NCBI GenBank assembly: GCA_020137815.1
Contig: CM035362.1
Span: forward strand, 5,394,001 to 5,458,000
Source: Hormiphora californensis
Taxonomy: Eukaryota; Animalia; Ctenophora
DNA length: 64,000 bases
Reading direction: 5' to 3'
Positions 16,101 to 61,342 of the stretch are shown here, in pieces. Below the pieces are notes generated by a model, which ran no database searches, was not told the origin of the DNA, and was given only the letters and a program-made list of their open reading frames with translations. Every line of letters starts with the position of its first letter. The first letter of the stretch is position 1. The position numbers and the translations under genes are program-made.

Positions 16101-16958
16101 CGATGAAATTAGCACAAAGTTCGGAAATGCAACTAATGATAACGACAAAAATGCAAAGAAATTAGAGGTATGTATATTAGACTTAGCTTTCGCTTTCAGT
16201 TTCACCATTTTCTTCGATATTTCTGATGTTCTACCTCTTTCATTTGCGAAGTCTACTTGCATATTTTTGCCGACCAATATATTCAATATTTCGGGTTTCC
16301 CCTTATTCATGCAAAAAAATTTCAGCCAATCAGTTTTCTATTTGATACACGTGATTCTCTCAGCCAATAACAACCCCTCTTTTTCCGGTATACTAGACGA
16401 GTAAACAATCTTAACACCACCCACCTAACCGAAGTAACAGCCTAACTCTGAAATCCGAACTTCTCCTCCGAGCTGACTGCTCTGGAATGGGAGAACCGAT
16501 ATCAGGAGATTATGCAGTCTGGGATCAGAAAAATATGCTGCAACAAGGAGCAGTTAGCGAAAAGGTTTGATTGAGATTTCCAAGAACAATGAGACTTTGA
16601 AGGATTCGTTGAGGACCAAAATGAGGCCTTGGAGCGGGCTTTGGGGGAGTCAGGGGCTCAAATCGGAGATTCGACACTCAAACCAGCCATCTGGGTATCT
16701 GTTGAGAGTATTAAGAAACGAGATGAGCAGATTGGGAAACTGAGAAAGGAAATTGAGGGACTGAGAGAGAGTGTGAGGAACTAAAGGCTGAACGGAAGAA
16801 ACTTCAAATCGAGAAGGAAGATTGTTTGCGATTTGGAAAAAGCCCTGAAAAACAGTGATCGTTTGAAGGATCTGGGCAGAGAGTTGAGAAGAAATTCATA
16901 TGACAGACAGAATTCAGCCTCGACCTGTTGTTTTTACAAAGAAAGATGGCTAGCTAGT
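11391..16958 (+). CDS. PIBF1: PIBF1 3' half, redundant divergent copy (haplotype B; last exon has indel errors)
   Basis: Repeats exons present in 9368-11290 and 20360-21631 with scattered substitutions: 11608-11700, 12508-12594, 12989-13105, 13371-13502, 15531-15657, 16013-16168, ~16390-16958. Confidence 0.8.
11860..12540 (+). repeat. Tandem array of a 3' splice site plus the first 30 nt of the exon (6 copies), separated by (ccccactctccctagcaa)n
   Basis: tttcaccag|gc(a/c)gagttat..aaggacgaagca with AG at 11876, 11988, 12096, 12266, 12381 and 12506; only the last copy continues into the exon. Confidence 0.92.
13514..15376 (-). mobile_element. Non-autonomous Helitron
   Basis: On the - strand it starts A|TC (15376) and ends CTAG|T (13514), with hairpin gcgatcg-gta-cgatcgc (13528-13544) about 10 nt before CTAG; no TSD; absent from the allelic 166-nt intron 11007-11172. 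Confidence 0.8.
13590..15136. mobile_element. 1.55-kb foldback element (Tc1/mariner-type ends, TA TSD) nested in the Helitron
   Basis: TA|cagggtgtcc...ggacaccctg|TA; arms of ~750 bp (13590-14340 and 14380-15136) are near-perfect reverse complements around a ~40-bp spacer; no transposase ORF. Confidence 0.9.
15682..15922. mobile_element. Tc1/mariner-type MITE (TIR cagtcggacccc, TA TSD); relatives at ~28845-29012, 35937-36030, 39920-40040, 44652-44750, 62920-62965
   Basis: TA|cagtcggacccc...ggggtccgactg|TA; internal ggtaaatcgggg repeats are shared by all copies. Confidence 0.8.
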
Positions 16959-17649
16959 AACTTATATTTTCAAACTTCTTTTTTTCTGACAGACCATATT
17001 TAACTTACTTTGTACAGATTGATATGTAACTTACTTATTTTATTGAAACAACATAATCAAGAACTTTCTAAGTATGCGTCACCTTTTGAACGAGCTTGTT
17101 TTAACAGGGTGTGAACTGCATGTCGTGTTTGCTAGTCGCGAGCGCGCTTGCGAGACCAGCAACACGTCAAGGTTCATACAAAGCATGCTGCTCAGTCATT
17201 TTAGATTAATACACAATGTAAGGATACCATGTATAGGTGAGACTCTTGCCGTCACCCTCGTTCAAGTCCCGTGAAAAACGGAGCAGTACACGCAAACTGA
17301 TGCCCATTTTCCTCGCGTGACCCCGATTCAGCAGTTTGAGAACAACCAACTCTTTAGGGGGCCATATCTCAGGAACCAGAAAAGATAGGAAAAATCGCCG
17401 TCTAACGAGGCGTACAGTTTTAATCTAGTTTACCACTGTACGGCCGTTTCACTCTCCGACCTAAACAAAAATCGCAACCACAAAACTTCAAAATAATGAA
17501 ATTCGCTCTCGCATGTCGTGTTGCATGTCGTGTTGCATGTCGTGTCATGTTTTGACGCGCTCGCGTCAACTCTCACACAGCAGCTGCAGAACATGGCGGG
17601 AAACATCGAGGAGTAGAGAGAGGGTCGGTGCGAATCAAAATGTCTTGCT

Positions 17650-20310
17650 CTGATTACTCATCTCCAGCTATCCTAACCCCTCATCACTCGATCTCTCAGC
17701 TACCCTACCCCTATTACTCCATCTTTCAGCTACCCTACCCATCTACTCATCTTTCAGCTACCTCCCCCTTATCTAGTCCATCTCTCAGCTACCCTACTCC
17801 TCATCTACTCCATCTCTCAGCTCCCTACTAGGGAGACTAGAGATGGAAACGATAGGGGTAGGGAATCCTATCCATAATCGTTTCCATTCTATGCTTCCCT
17901 AGCCCTCATCAACTCTCTTTCAGCTACCCTACCCCTAATCTAGTCCATCTCTCCGCTACCCTACTCTCATCTATCCATCTCTCAGCTACCCTACCTCCCA
18001 TTTACTCCATCTCTCAGCTTCCCTACTGCCATTACCTCCATCTTTCAGATACCCTACCTCCCATTTACTCCATCTCTCAGTTACCTAACCTCCCTTTACT
18101 CCACTCTCAGCTTCCCTACCTCCCATTACTCCATCTCTCAGCTTCCCTACCTCCCATTTATCCATCTCAGCTACCACCTACACCATTTACTCCCATCTCA
18201 GCTTCCCTAACCTCCCATTTACTCCATCTCTCAGCTTCCACCTCCCCATTTATCACTCCCTAGCTTCCCTACCTCCTTTATCCATCTCAACTTCCCTACC
18301 TCCCATTTACTCCATCTCTCAGCTACCCTACCCTCCCATTATACTCCATCTCTCAGCTTACCTACCTCCCATTACTCCATATCTCAGCTACCCTACCTCT
18401 CATTTACTCCATCTTTCAGCTACCCTACCCCATTTACACCATCTCATCAGCTTAACCTACATCCCATTACTCATCTCTTCAGCTTCCCTCTCCCATTACT
18501 ACATCTCTAAGTCCCTCACTCCCATTTACTCCATCTCTCAGCACCCAACCTCCCATTCACTCCATTATCAGCTTCCCTACCTCCCATTAATCATCTTCAT
18601 ACTCACATCCCTCTACCCTCAGCTTCCCTACCTCCCATTTACTCCATCCCTGCCTCCATTTACTCCATCTCTCAGCTACACCCTACCTAACCCATCACTC
18701 ATCTTCAGTACCCTTACCACCCATTTAACTCCATCTCTAGCTTCACCTCCCATTTACTCCATCTCTCAGCTTCCCTACCTCCCATTACTCCATCCCTCAG
18801 CTTCCCTACCTCCCATTTACTCCATCTCTAAACTTCCCTACCTCCCATTTAACTCCATACTCTCAGCTACCCTACCTCCCCATTTACTCCTTCATCGTAC
18901 GCTCGCAACTACTCCATTTACTCCCACTGACTTCGCTTTCCTACCTCCCATTTACCCATCGCTGACCTTCCGTACCTCCATACCTTCTATCTCCACGCTT
19001 CACCTCTCCTCAGATTCGAGCATTACCTCTCTCATTTTCTAACATTTCCTACCCTGAAGATGGGTAAATGGGACGTAGGAGCTCGCAGAGATGAGTAAAT
19101 GGAGGGAGGAAGCGGTGAGAGATTGAGTAAATGGGAGTACGGAAAGCGTGAGAAATGGAGTAAATGGGGAGGTAGGGTTAGCTAGAGAGTGAGTAAATGG
19201 GTGGTAGTGTAGCTGAGAGATGAGTATGTAAATGGGAGGTAGGGAAGCTGAGAGGAGGATAAATGGGATGGTAGGGAGTGAGATGGAGTTAATGGAGTAG
19301 TAAGCTGAGAGATGGAGTAATGGGAGGTAGGGACATGCTGAGAAGGAGTAATGGGGGGTACGGAAGTGAGAGATGGGATAAACTGGGAGGTAGGGGTCAT
19401 CTGAAAGATGGATGTACAATGGCAGGTAGGAAATCTGAGATGATGGAGTAAATGGAGGTAGGGAAAGCTGAGAATGGAGTAAACTGGGAGGTAGGGTGGA
19501 TGCCTGATCGATGGAGTGAATGGAGGGTTTTTGGAGCGAGAGATTGAGTAGCGGAGGAGGAAGGAAATGGGAAGGGTATAGGGACAGTGAGGATGGAGTA
19601 AATGGAGGTAGGGCAGGTGAGTAGATGAAGAAGTAAATGGAAGAGGGTAAGCTGAAGATGAGTAAGGTTGTATCTGAAGACTGAGGAGGTAGGGTAGCTG
19701 ATGATGGAGTGAATGGGACGGTGGGTAGCTGGATAAGAGTGGAGTAAATGGGGAGGTAGGAGCTGAGCGAGTGGAGTAAATGGGGGTAGGGTCAGCTGAT
19801 AGATGGAGTAAATGGGAGGTAGGAAGTGAGAGATGGAGTAATTGGAGGGGTAGGGGAGCTGATAGATGGAGTAAATGGGTAGGTAGGGAAGCTGAGAGAT
19901 GGAGTAAATGGAGGTTAGGGTTAAGCTGGATAGTGGAGTAAATGGGAAGGTAGGGCAGCTGAGGAGAGGTAAATGGGGTAGGCGTAGCTGAGTAGAGGAG
20001 GAGTAAATGGCGAGGTAGGGAAGCCGATGGGAGGAAAGGGGAGTTAGTTGTAGGATAGATGAGTAGGTAGGGAAGCTGAGAGATGGTAGGTAAATGGGAG
20101 GTCGGGCAAGTCGGAGAGGAGTAGGGGGACGTGAGAGATGGTAAATGGGAGTAGGGTAGTGAAGAGGAGTAAATGGCGGGTATGGGAAGTTGAGAGATGG
20201 AAGTAAATGGAAGGTAGGTAAGTGAGGATGGGTACATGGGAGGGAGGGAAGCTGAGAGATTGAGTAAATGGAGGTAGGGTGAGCTGATAATGGAGTGAAT
20301 GGGGAGTGGG
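17650..20310. repeat. ~32-bp satellite (ctcccatttactccatctctcagcttccctac) in two inverted blocks
   Basis: Pyrimidine-rich strand on + at 17650-19030; the reverse-complement units run 19055-20310; sequence becomes noisier toward the centre. Confidence 0.9.
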
Positions 20311-20359
20311 TGTAGGAGGACTCCCCGAAATCCATATCCTTCACTCCAATCCCACCAAG

Positions 20360-21631
20360 GTATACGAACAAGAGAAGTCAGTGCTAGTAAAGAGTAGGGA
20401 AGCAGCAGTGCAAGACAGGGACGATGCTCTTCGTAGAAATAGAGAGTTATTGGAGCAACATGGAGACCTGACCTCAGCTTACCATACGTAGGTCTTAGTG
20501 TCTTACTGGGAATGGGGCGCACGAAACACAGTCTAGCTAGGCAAACTGGGAACTGGTAACTGTTATGTATTGCCAAGTACAGGGTGTTCTACGGGATCAC
20601 TACAAGCGTTGTATAAACTGATTTTAGCGATATATACATTTTATACTTACTTCCTACTTTTTCAAGAACGTCCCTCTATGTCCCAGGTTCCAAAGTAAAT
20701 CAGAATCCCAACTATCTGAGTACAAGAACACTCTGAAGATAAAGGAGTTCGAGCTGGAGAGATTAACATTGTTGTACGATGAAGTTAGTACAAAGTTCGG
20801 AAATGCAGCTAATGATAACGACAAAAATGCAAAGAAATTAGAGGTATGTATTATACGTATTTAGACTTTAGGCTTTCGATTTCATGTTCCACCATTTTCT
20901 ATCGATATTTTCTGCCGACCAATACATTTCAATATTTCGGGTTTCCCCTTATTCATGCAAAATATATTTCAGCCAATCAGTATTCTGAATTCGAGTCACG
21001 TGATCTCTCTCAGCCAATAACAACCCCCATCTTTCCCCAGGTATTACTAGACGAGTACAACACACTCAAACACACCCACCTAACAGAAGTAAACAGCCTA
21101 ACTCTGAAAATCCGAACTCTCTCCTCCGAGCTGACGGCTCTGCGAATGGGTGACACCGATATCAGAGAGATTATGTCAGTTCTGGGATCAGAAAATATTG
21201 CATGCAATAAGGAGCAGTTAGCGAAAAGGTTGATTGAGATTTCCAAGAACAATGAGACTTTGAAGGATTCGTTGAGAATCAAAAATGAGGCCTTGGAGCG
21301 GGCGTTGGGCGAGGTTCAGGGGCTCAAATCGGAGATTCGACACTCGAACCAGCCATCTGGGTACCTTGTTGAGAGTATCAAGAAACGAGATGAGCAGATT
21401 GGGAGACTGAGAAAGGAAATTGAGGGACTGAGAGAGAGTTGTGAGGAACTAAAGGCTGAACGGAAGAAACTTCAAATCGAGAAGGAAGATTTAGTTTGCG
21501 ATTTGGAAAAAGCCCTGAAAAACAGTGATCGTTTGAAGGATCTGAGGCAGAGAGTTGAGAAGAAAATTCATATGACAGACAGAATTCAGCCTCGACCTGT
21601 TGTTTTTACAAAAGAAAAGCTGATGAGCTAG
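20360..21631 (+). CDS. PIBF1: PIBF1 3' exons (haplotype A continuation)
   Basis: Exons 20360-20487, 20687-20844, 21041-21631; HSNQPSGYLVESIKKRDEQI and IQPRPVVFTKEK match PIBF1 [20 protein letters not shown] and TPKPTLFTKK; 20360-20477 is identical to 11173-11290. Confidence 0.9.
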
Positions 21632-22423
21632 TAACTTAATAATTTCATAACTTCTTTTTTCTGACAGACCAATATTTAACTTTACTTTGTACAGATTGTA
21701 TATGTAACTTACTTATTTTATTGAAACAACATAATCAAGAACTTTCTAAGTATGCGTCACTTTCGTGAACGATGCTTGTTTTTAAACGAGACACTGGAAG
21801 TTCTAATTCTGTCTTGGAGGTGTTTTGGAACAGATCAGTGCAGGAACGCGCGAAGACACGCTTGTGTGGTGTCAGTTGGTTTCTGGCGCGGGCTGCCTCT
21901 TGCCAACGCGCGCAGCATCGTCTTGGAGTTGGGAGTGGAAACCGGAACTGGAACATTGAACAACCACTTCTGGGATCCAGAATCTGCATTATTTTGTTAT
22001 TTGGTCAAATTGAGAGTTTGACCCATCCAACCAGTGAAATAGTGTCATAATATAAACAGGTGAATAATTTTCACAGCAGTCACATTGTAAAAAGGGCGTA
22101 AAATCAGAACTTTGATTGCGCGGATTTCTTTTGCGCGTTTATAATACGCGCGCTTTTTTATTTAAAACGATAATAACAAAAAAAAACAGACCAGTTGCAG
22201 TTGTTCGATTTTTAAAAGTTCTTTCAATTTGAAAGTTTTTGTTTCAGCCCTCAGAACCGGTTTGGTCCCATTTTGTCTGTTTCTGTGACTCGTATGATGT
22301 GCAAAGAGTGTAAGATTACTTAACAGTAACTAATCGAACCCATTTTCCGGCTGATTTTAGTGTTTGTGTCCCTTTGGCTGCATGGATTTGTGAGACTAGC
22401 GGGCAATAGGAAGTCTTGCCGTC

Positions 22424-47588
<25,165 letters not shown>

Positions 47589-48642
47589 CAGAGGGAAATA
47601 TCTTCAGGTAATTAGTGAATTAATTAACAACAGTAGGTGATTAATCAATTAATTAACAACAGTGGTAATTAGTCAATGTGAAACATGTGAATATGATCAG
47701 TACCAGTGGTGTATCAGGATGAAATATTGATCCTAGTTCTACAGATTTGTTTGTTTCCTAACTCCGTTAATTGTGACAACATGACAGTTCAAAAAAGCAA
47801 CCGTATCCCATTTCTCCCTTTTTCAATCATCTTTTAACGTTAGCCGTATGTGTATCCTCGCATCGCTATTTGCAAGATATAAACTAGCTCATATGCAGTG
47901 TTCTGAGTTGATTTGCTGAATGCTCTGATGTGTTTGTTACCATGTTACCATGGTTACAACAGCTATGGTAACCATGGTTACAACAACTATGGTTACCATG
48001 GTTACCACTGGACCTAACAACTTTCCCTCCCACACACCAGATGTACCAACCAACGGAATACACACCGATAACACGACTCGGGTCAACATCAAGCAAGAAC
48101 AATTATTCCACCCTTATCGAAGAGGAATGATGATCATTTCCCGGAAGATCGCATCATTGTCATCAATACTTTGGAGATAAAATGATACAGGATGAAAAAT
48201 GAGCTGAGTTAATGGATGATCTGCTGCCCGTAACTTGTTGGATAGGTCGAGAGCATTCGAGCTGTGTATAGTGAGAATGGACTTAAAAAAACTCGAGCCC
48301 TAAACTGCAATTCTATCGTGTAAATTTTGTGTGTATTTTTGTTGTGTTGCGTATCGTGTTATTCATTATTATGTGTCTATGTTTTAAGTTGTGTACAACA
48401 TATGTTGAGGCTGGATCCGCTAGTTAAAAGAGGATTTATTAGGAAAATAATTTTCTGTCTGGCGCCGTGCCAGACCCCGATTTGAGTCTTAAGAGTGTGC
48501 TCAGATAGGGTCGGCGGTGCCAGACAGATCATTTTAGAGGTTCAGTATTTTCTGGCCCGGTTGAATCGCTGCGGAAATTGTGCAGTATTGGCTAAGTGTG
48601 TTCATTATCGTTTATTTATTGAATTGTTGAAGTCTATCTATA

Positions 48643-48790
48643 CTCCATTTTTTTTCAACTGTTCACCCCCCAAAGTCGTGTGCGGAATTGTTTTGCGCGT
48701 TTATCACATGTTAACGTGTAGCGTGCGCAGCGTAAATTAAAATATCGCACGCACACGAGTTGAGGGGTGAACAGTTGAATAAAAATGGAC
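48643..48790. mobile_element. 148-bp MITE with ~27-bp TIRs and TA TSD
   Basis: TA|ctccatttttttttcaactgttcacccc...ggggtgaacagttgaataaaaatggac|TA. Confidence 0.8.
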
Positions 48791-49752
48791 TATATTATAT
48801 GTATCTTGAATCAAAATCTTCTCATTTTGTACCTCAATATTTTGTATTAAAATAAAATCGAAGATCACGTGGCGTCGATTATGCACTATTTCCGAGATAT
48901 TGTACTAGTTTTTGATTTCAAGAATATTAATTATGAGAGCTTTTGACATTTTTTGCTGAAAATAAAATATTTACGAGAAATTGAAACTGAACCCACCCCT
49001 GTCTCTCCCATTTTGGCATATTAAACGTGTTATTGTGTTATTATGTTGTTGTTCACCATCCCCCAAACTACTCGAGTCGTTAAATTTTACCTGAAACATG
49101 AAATGTGTGAGAAATGGAATGAGTTTTTACCGTGTAGTGAATCTTATAATCCCACCAAAATCACTAAACACAAAAAGTAAGTGCGCGTTTTTGTTTTGCG
49201 CGTCATATCGCGCCGCGCACTCAAATCGAAAATTTGTATTTAATTTTTATTTCATCTGTACTTTTTGAACTCGCATTTTTGAAATTTTTGACTCGCGTTT
49301 TTGAAATTTCGGGGTCTGCTCTCTGGTCTCTGCGTGCTACCATCCGGCATTCACCGACCCCTAGGTAGGACGAAACCGGGTTCCGGGAACCTCCCCTATT
49401 AAACTCGGACATGGGGCGGAAGTTTTGGCCAAAATCTGCTGAAAAGCTTTAAAAAATTTGTGCTCAAAACCTTTCCGAGCTACGATGGCGAGTGCTGCTT
49501 CACCCAGATACGGAACGAAGCCAGCCATAAAATTTAAAGAATGAATTTTTCTCGCCGTGAAATGTATCAACAAACATTTTGGTCCGAGGGGCTCAACGCA
49601 CCGCCCCTGACCGGCTCTAACTCCAATGAGCCCAGACTCCAGAGCCAACCAAATTAGTTGACTTTATATACAAGCCCCTCCTTTTTTTCTCTCCCTGGTT
49701 CAGGTTTTATAATGCAGTGATGCTAACACAACTCTCCCCCAAACAAGCCATC

Positions 49753-50895
49753 ATGACCGGTCCTGCAGTATCGGTAATATCACCGCCGGTGGAGTGGGCC
49801 CAGCGTCGTGACAAGATCTTTGTTACCATCACGGTCAGGGATTGTCCCAAGGATTACAACCTCCAGATTGAGAGCAAGAAGATCACGTTTTCGGGGAATA
49901 ACAATGATAAATCTAAGAAGTTTGTTCTCAGTTTGGATTTGTATGGAGAGGTGTTGACTGAGGTAAGTTAGAAATGATGACAGTCACAGAGAGTTAGAAA
50001 ACTGTGTCATGGACCATTTTCCTCCTCTGCTGCTCCATGACTCATGGTACTCAGTCAAGAGAAAAACTGTCGCTTAGTCAGTCTCACGGACCATGGTACA
50101 CTGTCTCAGTTTCTCATGATACAGCTGTGAAGTCTCGCGTCATATCCAATGGATAGTATCCATCTTCTCTCTAGGACACATAAAAAATACCTCTTTTTGT
50201 CGTAAACTCTTAGGCCTTATGTGTAAACTTTCTCTCTAGGTTTCTCTCTCTCACTATTCACTGTCTATCTGATATCTCTATCTTTCTATCTCTAATAAAA
50301 CTATCTTCACCGATAGGAGTACAAGAAGTTAGCCAGTGACAGAAGTGTACAGCTGTGCTTGACGCGGAAAGATGAGGGTGCCTACTGGCCTCGATTACTG
50401 GAATCTAAGACGAGGGTAGGTTTGTCTGTTTGTTTGTTTGTTACCATGGGTAATTATAGTAGCTGAGAGACGAGGGTAGGTACAACACTATTTGACAGCC
50501 AAACGATTGCCCAGCTCGACCCCCTTTTCGCGAGGGTTGAAACATTACAACCAAACAATATATCTGCATGGGCTGGTTCATACTACCCTCTATGAAGAGT
50601 CTTATGAGGTTTATACATAACTCCCAGTTTTTTCTCTCCCAGTTACACATTTCCGGAGCAAAAGTCTGCAAATAATATTTTCAGACTCTTACCCGGTACG
50701 GGCATCTCTAGTCTTCAATAGAAGGCTGGCCCCAGCGAGGAGAGAGCGAGAGCGAGAGAGAGAGCCAGGGGAGGAGAGAAGAAGAAGAGAGACGAGAGCG
50801 GAGGAGAAGTCGCGATAGCGGACGAGGAAGGAGAGGGAGCCCAGAGCGAGAGAGATCAGTGCTCGCAGCGCGAAAGCCCAAGATCCTCTCTCTCT

Positions 50896-50934
<39 letters not shown>

Positions 50935-50936
50935 CC

Positions 50937-50974
<38 letters not shown>

Positions 50975-52437
50975 CGCATCTTACACACGGAAATGTACCA
51001 CAGTCCACAGTAAATACGCTCTGTAACTAAAGGAGGGGTAGTTTCAAACCACTCATTTCTCTCATCAATTGACAAGGGCCGTTTTTAGTGTTTACAAAAA
51101 CTGAGACAGGACAACAAAACATATCAAATACAGAATTAAAGTTTATTTTATCCCTATTTGATTTGTTGCAGTTATCAGTTATCACACATTTCAACCCTTC
51201 AGATGCATTTCCTGAAAACAGACTTCAACCGGTGGAAGGACGAGGACGAGACTGATGAGGAGGATGAGACAGGTAATTAATTAATTGATAAATCATTTTT
51301 CTGGGCTATGGCCAGCGCTGTAGTTGGTCAATGGTCACGTGACTTCGCCCCTTCATTTGAAAAAACATTCCCACACCCCTGTAACTCCCCTCTCCCCCCT
51401 TAATAAACTAATTAACTCCCCATCTCAGCTAATTAACTCATATAATTAACTCCCCTAATTAACTCCCCCTCTCAGCTAATTACCCCCCCCCCCTCTCAGC
51501 TAATTAACTCCCCTAATTAACGCCCCTCTCCCCCCCCCCCCCTTAATTAACTCAGTATAATACCCCCCCTCTCAGCTAATTAACTCCTCTAATTAACTCC
51601 CCTCCCCCCCTTAATTTACTCATATAATTAACTCCCCATCTCAGCTAATTAACTCACATAATTAACTAATTAACTCATATAATTACCCCTCTCAGCTATT
51701 GTATCCCCTCCCAACTAATTAACTCCCCCTCTCAGCTAATTGGGAGAGTATGATGAGTAACATGAACATCGGTGGAACGGAAGAGGAAAGCGATGAAGAG
51801 GAACAAGACAGTGATGATGACGGTAAGAAGAAAAAATGAGGAACCGACCGAATCAAGAAATACTGGTCCCTGATTGGCTGATAACCAGTCACGTGACCTA
51901 AATAACGAGTTCTGATTGGTTATTTACTTGTGTCGGTCGGTTACTGAAAAAATTTACTTGGTCCAAAAATTGGCACAGTGTTGCGCTCCCAAGAGAGAGG
52001 ACAACACAGCCCCGGTCTTTAGGATTTGATGTAACGCGCGGGCGTCTCTTTATACACAGAGTTGAGCGGTTTCGCGCGGTACTTCTCATTTCTCGATCCT
52101 TCTTCCCACGCGCCACTCCCCCGATCTCGACTACCCCCGATCTCTCTGTGACTGATGCCTCTCTCTATCTATCTATCTCTCTCTCTCTGCGTGTAAATTA
52201 GACAAGCAACGATGGTTTAATCTAGCTGATAGTTGACAGTAAACCGACATATCAACTGCTGCTCCGGGTTGCACCTCTCCAATTACAGACACCGGCTAAG
52301 TTGTCACGCGCGGAGCTAGACCAACGCAGAGAAGCCGGCGATTTATCTGAGTAGCTCGATGCATCTTCTAAAAACCACATCCTCCCGCAGATTTACCCGA
52401 CCTCGAGGACGACAAAGAGATCGAGAAGCTGGAATGA
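49753..52437 (+). CDS. PTGES3: Hsp90 co-chaperone p23 / prostaglandin E synthase 3 family
   Basis: Exons 49753-49962 (PPVEWAQRRDKIFVTI), 50318-50415 (YWPRLL), 51203-51272 (HFLKTDFNRWKDEDE), 51736-51822 (acidic), 52391-52437 (DLPDLE..*). Confidence 0.93.
51385..51742 (+). repeat. Degenerate array of the p23 exon-4 acceptor (tctcag|cta(a/t)t x7)
   Basis: Copies near 51424, 51472, 51495, 51571, 51640, 51691 and 51731; only the last continues as ANWESMMS. Confidence 0.8.
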
Positions 52438-53105
52438 GGAGGAGCTCAAATGAAAGAAGTTGCCTTGGCTCAACCATCTCTCCCCTAGTAGAGATAGTTG
52501 ACGATAATTTACAGAGAAAATAGAAGGGTGCCGTGATGTTATTAATATTATAGTTACGTGTCATGCCTTTCTCTTCTTGTTTTTTACTTAAACCCTATAT
52601 TTCAAACTGTTTCCCGAAACAATTTTGTTTTAGAAGTTACCAAACGTGATAGATCTTGCTCCAAAATAGGTTTGCCACCTCTGACAAAATGTATCTTTCT
52701 CTCTCTCGATATTGGAGCAAGATCTTTGAAACATAAACTCATCAATTCTGTACGGAAAAACATAAACTCATATTTAATAGTCAGAATAGTCAGAATAGAA
52801 TTAAAAACACAACATTTCCATACGTCCAGCTACACTCATAGTTTCAAACTGACATAATAACATAGAACGAGAGGTACAGGTATAAAACCTCCCTACAACT
52901 ACATGTGTAACAGGTACACACCCCCTACGGACTCCCTACTTACTTACTCCGAATTCCCTACTCACAATCGGATCTATAAATCAGCTACAATTTAACAGAC
53001 AGATACACACATTATTGTCCTATTGGGTCGCACCTTTGTGCCCCCAAGAATCACACGCAGAACAACCAACAACAAATACAAGTCCAGCTATAGTTCCCAA
53101 AAGTA

Positions 53106-60718
<7,613 letters not shown>

Positions 60719-61342
60719 GTCAGGTACTGGCAGGTTTGAATGGGTCACTGGTAGGGAGCTGTCCAACTAAATCCAAATTAGGAACTTGTGGATGTCCGGA
60801 TCTTTGTTTTGGAGTTTGTTAGGTGTTGTATTTTCGGTGATTTCTGATCTTGTTGGACATACCCGCTATTCCCAAGCGTTCCTTTTATGAGGCTATTGTG
60901 TTGGATAATGATGTTAAAACAATGTTAGTTAATGTTAGTTAATGTTAACCAGAATTGACTGCTGGTTCATGCGTTGATACTCTGGCAGCAACTGATTGTT
61001 TAACACCTTAAAACAATCATTTGCTGATAGAGTAACAATGCATGTAGTACAATCGGCAGTCAACTCAGCGTGTAACTTTTGGCAGTTGAAATCTCACATG
61101 ACACGAGAAAAAAACAATGATATTGTTGTGTGAAGTTGGAACAGTTCTAAAAAAAGAGGAAACAAATGGGCCACGGTTTAATCTCCATCTCACAAGAACT
61201 GTAGCGGGTGTTCCCTTCTTCACAGAAGTGTCTTACTAATTCCTCACTTTTTAAAGTTTAGTTTCACTTTTGCCGAATTGATCATTATTGAAGAATGAAG
61301 ATAATATATTCAAGGCAAGGTTAGAGTCTTGAGGCATAGTCT

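Noticed and set aside
19039-20576. 464-aa and 324-aa ORFs on the - strand
   Set aside because: They are translations of the noisy 32-bp satellite plus the antisense of a PIBF1 exon.
47935-48010. ccatggttac/gtaaccatgg repeats (similar at 23300-23400) as a Thr-rich coding repeat
   Set aside because: Short self-complementary simple repeat downstream of the ATP11 stop; no coding evidence.
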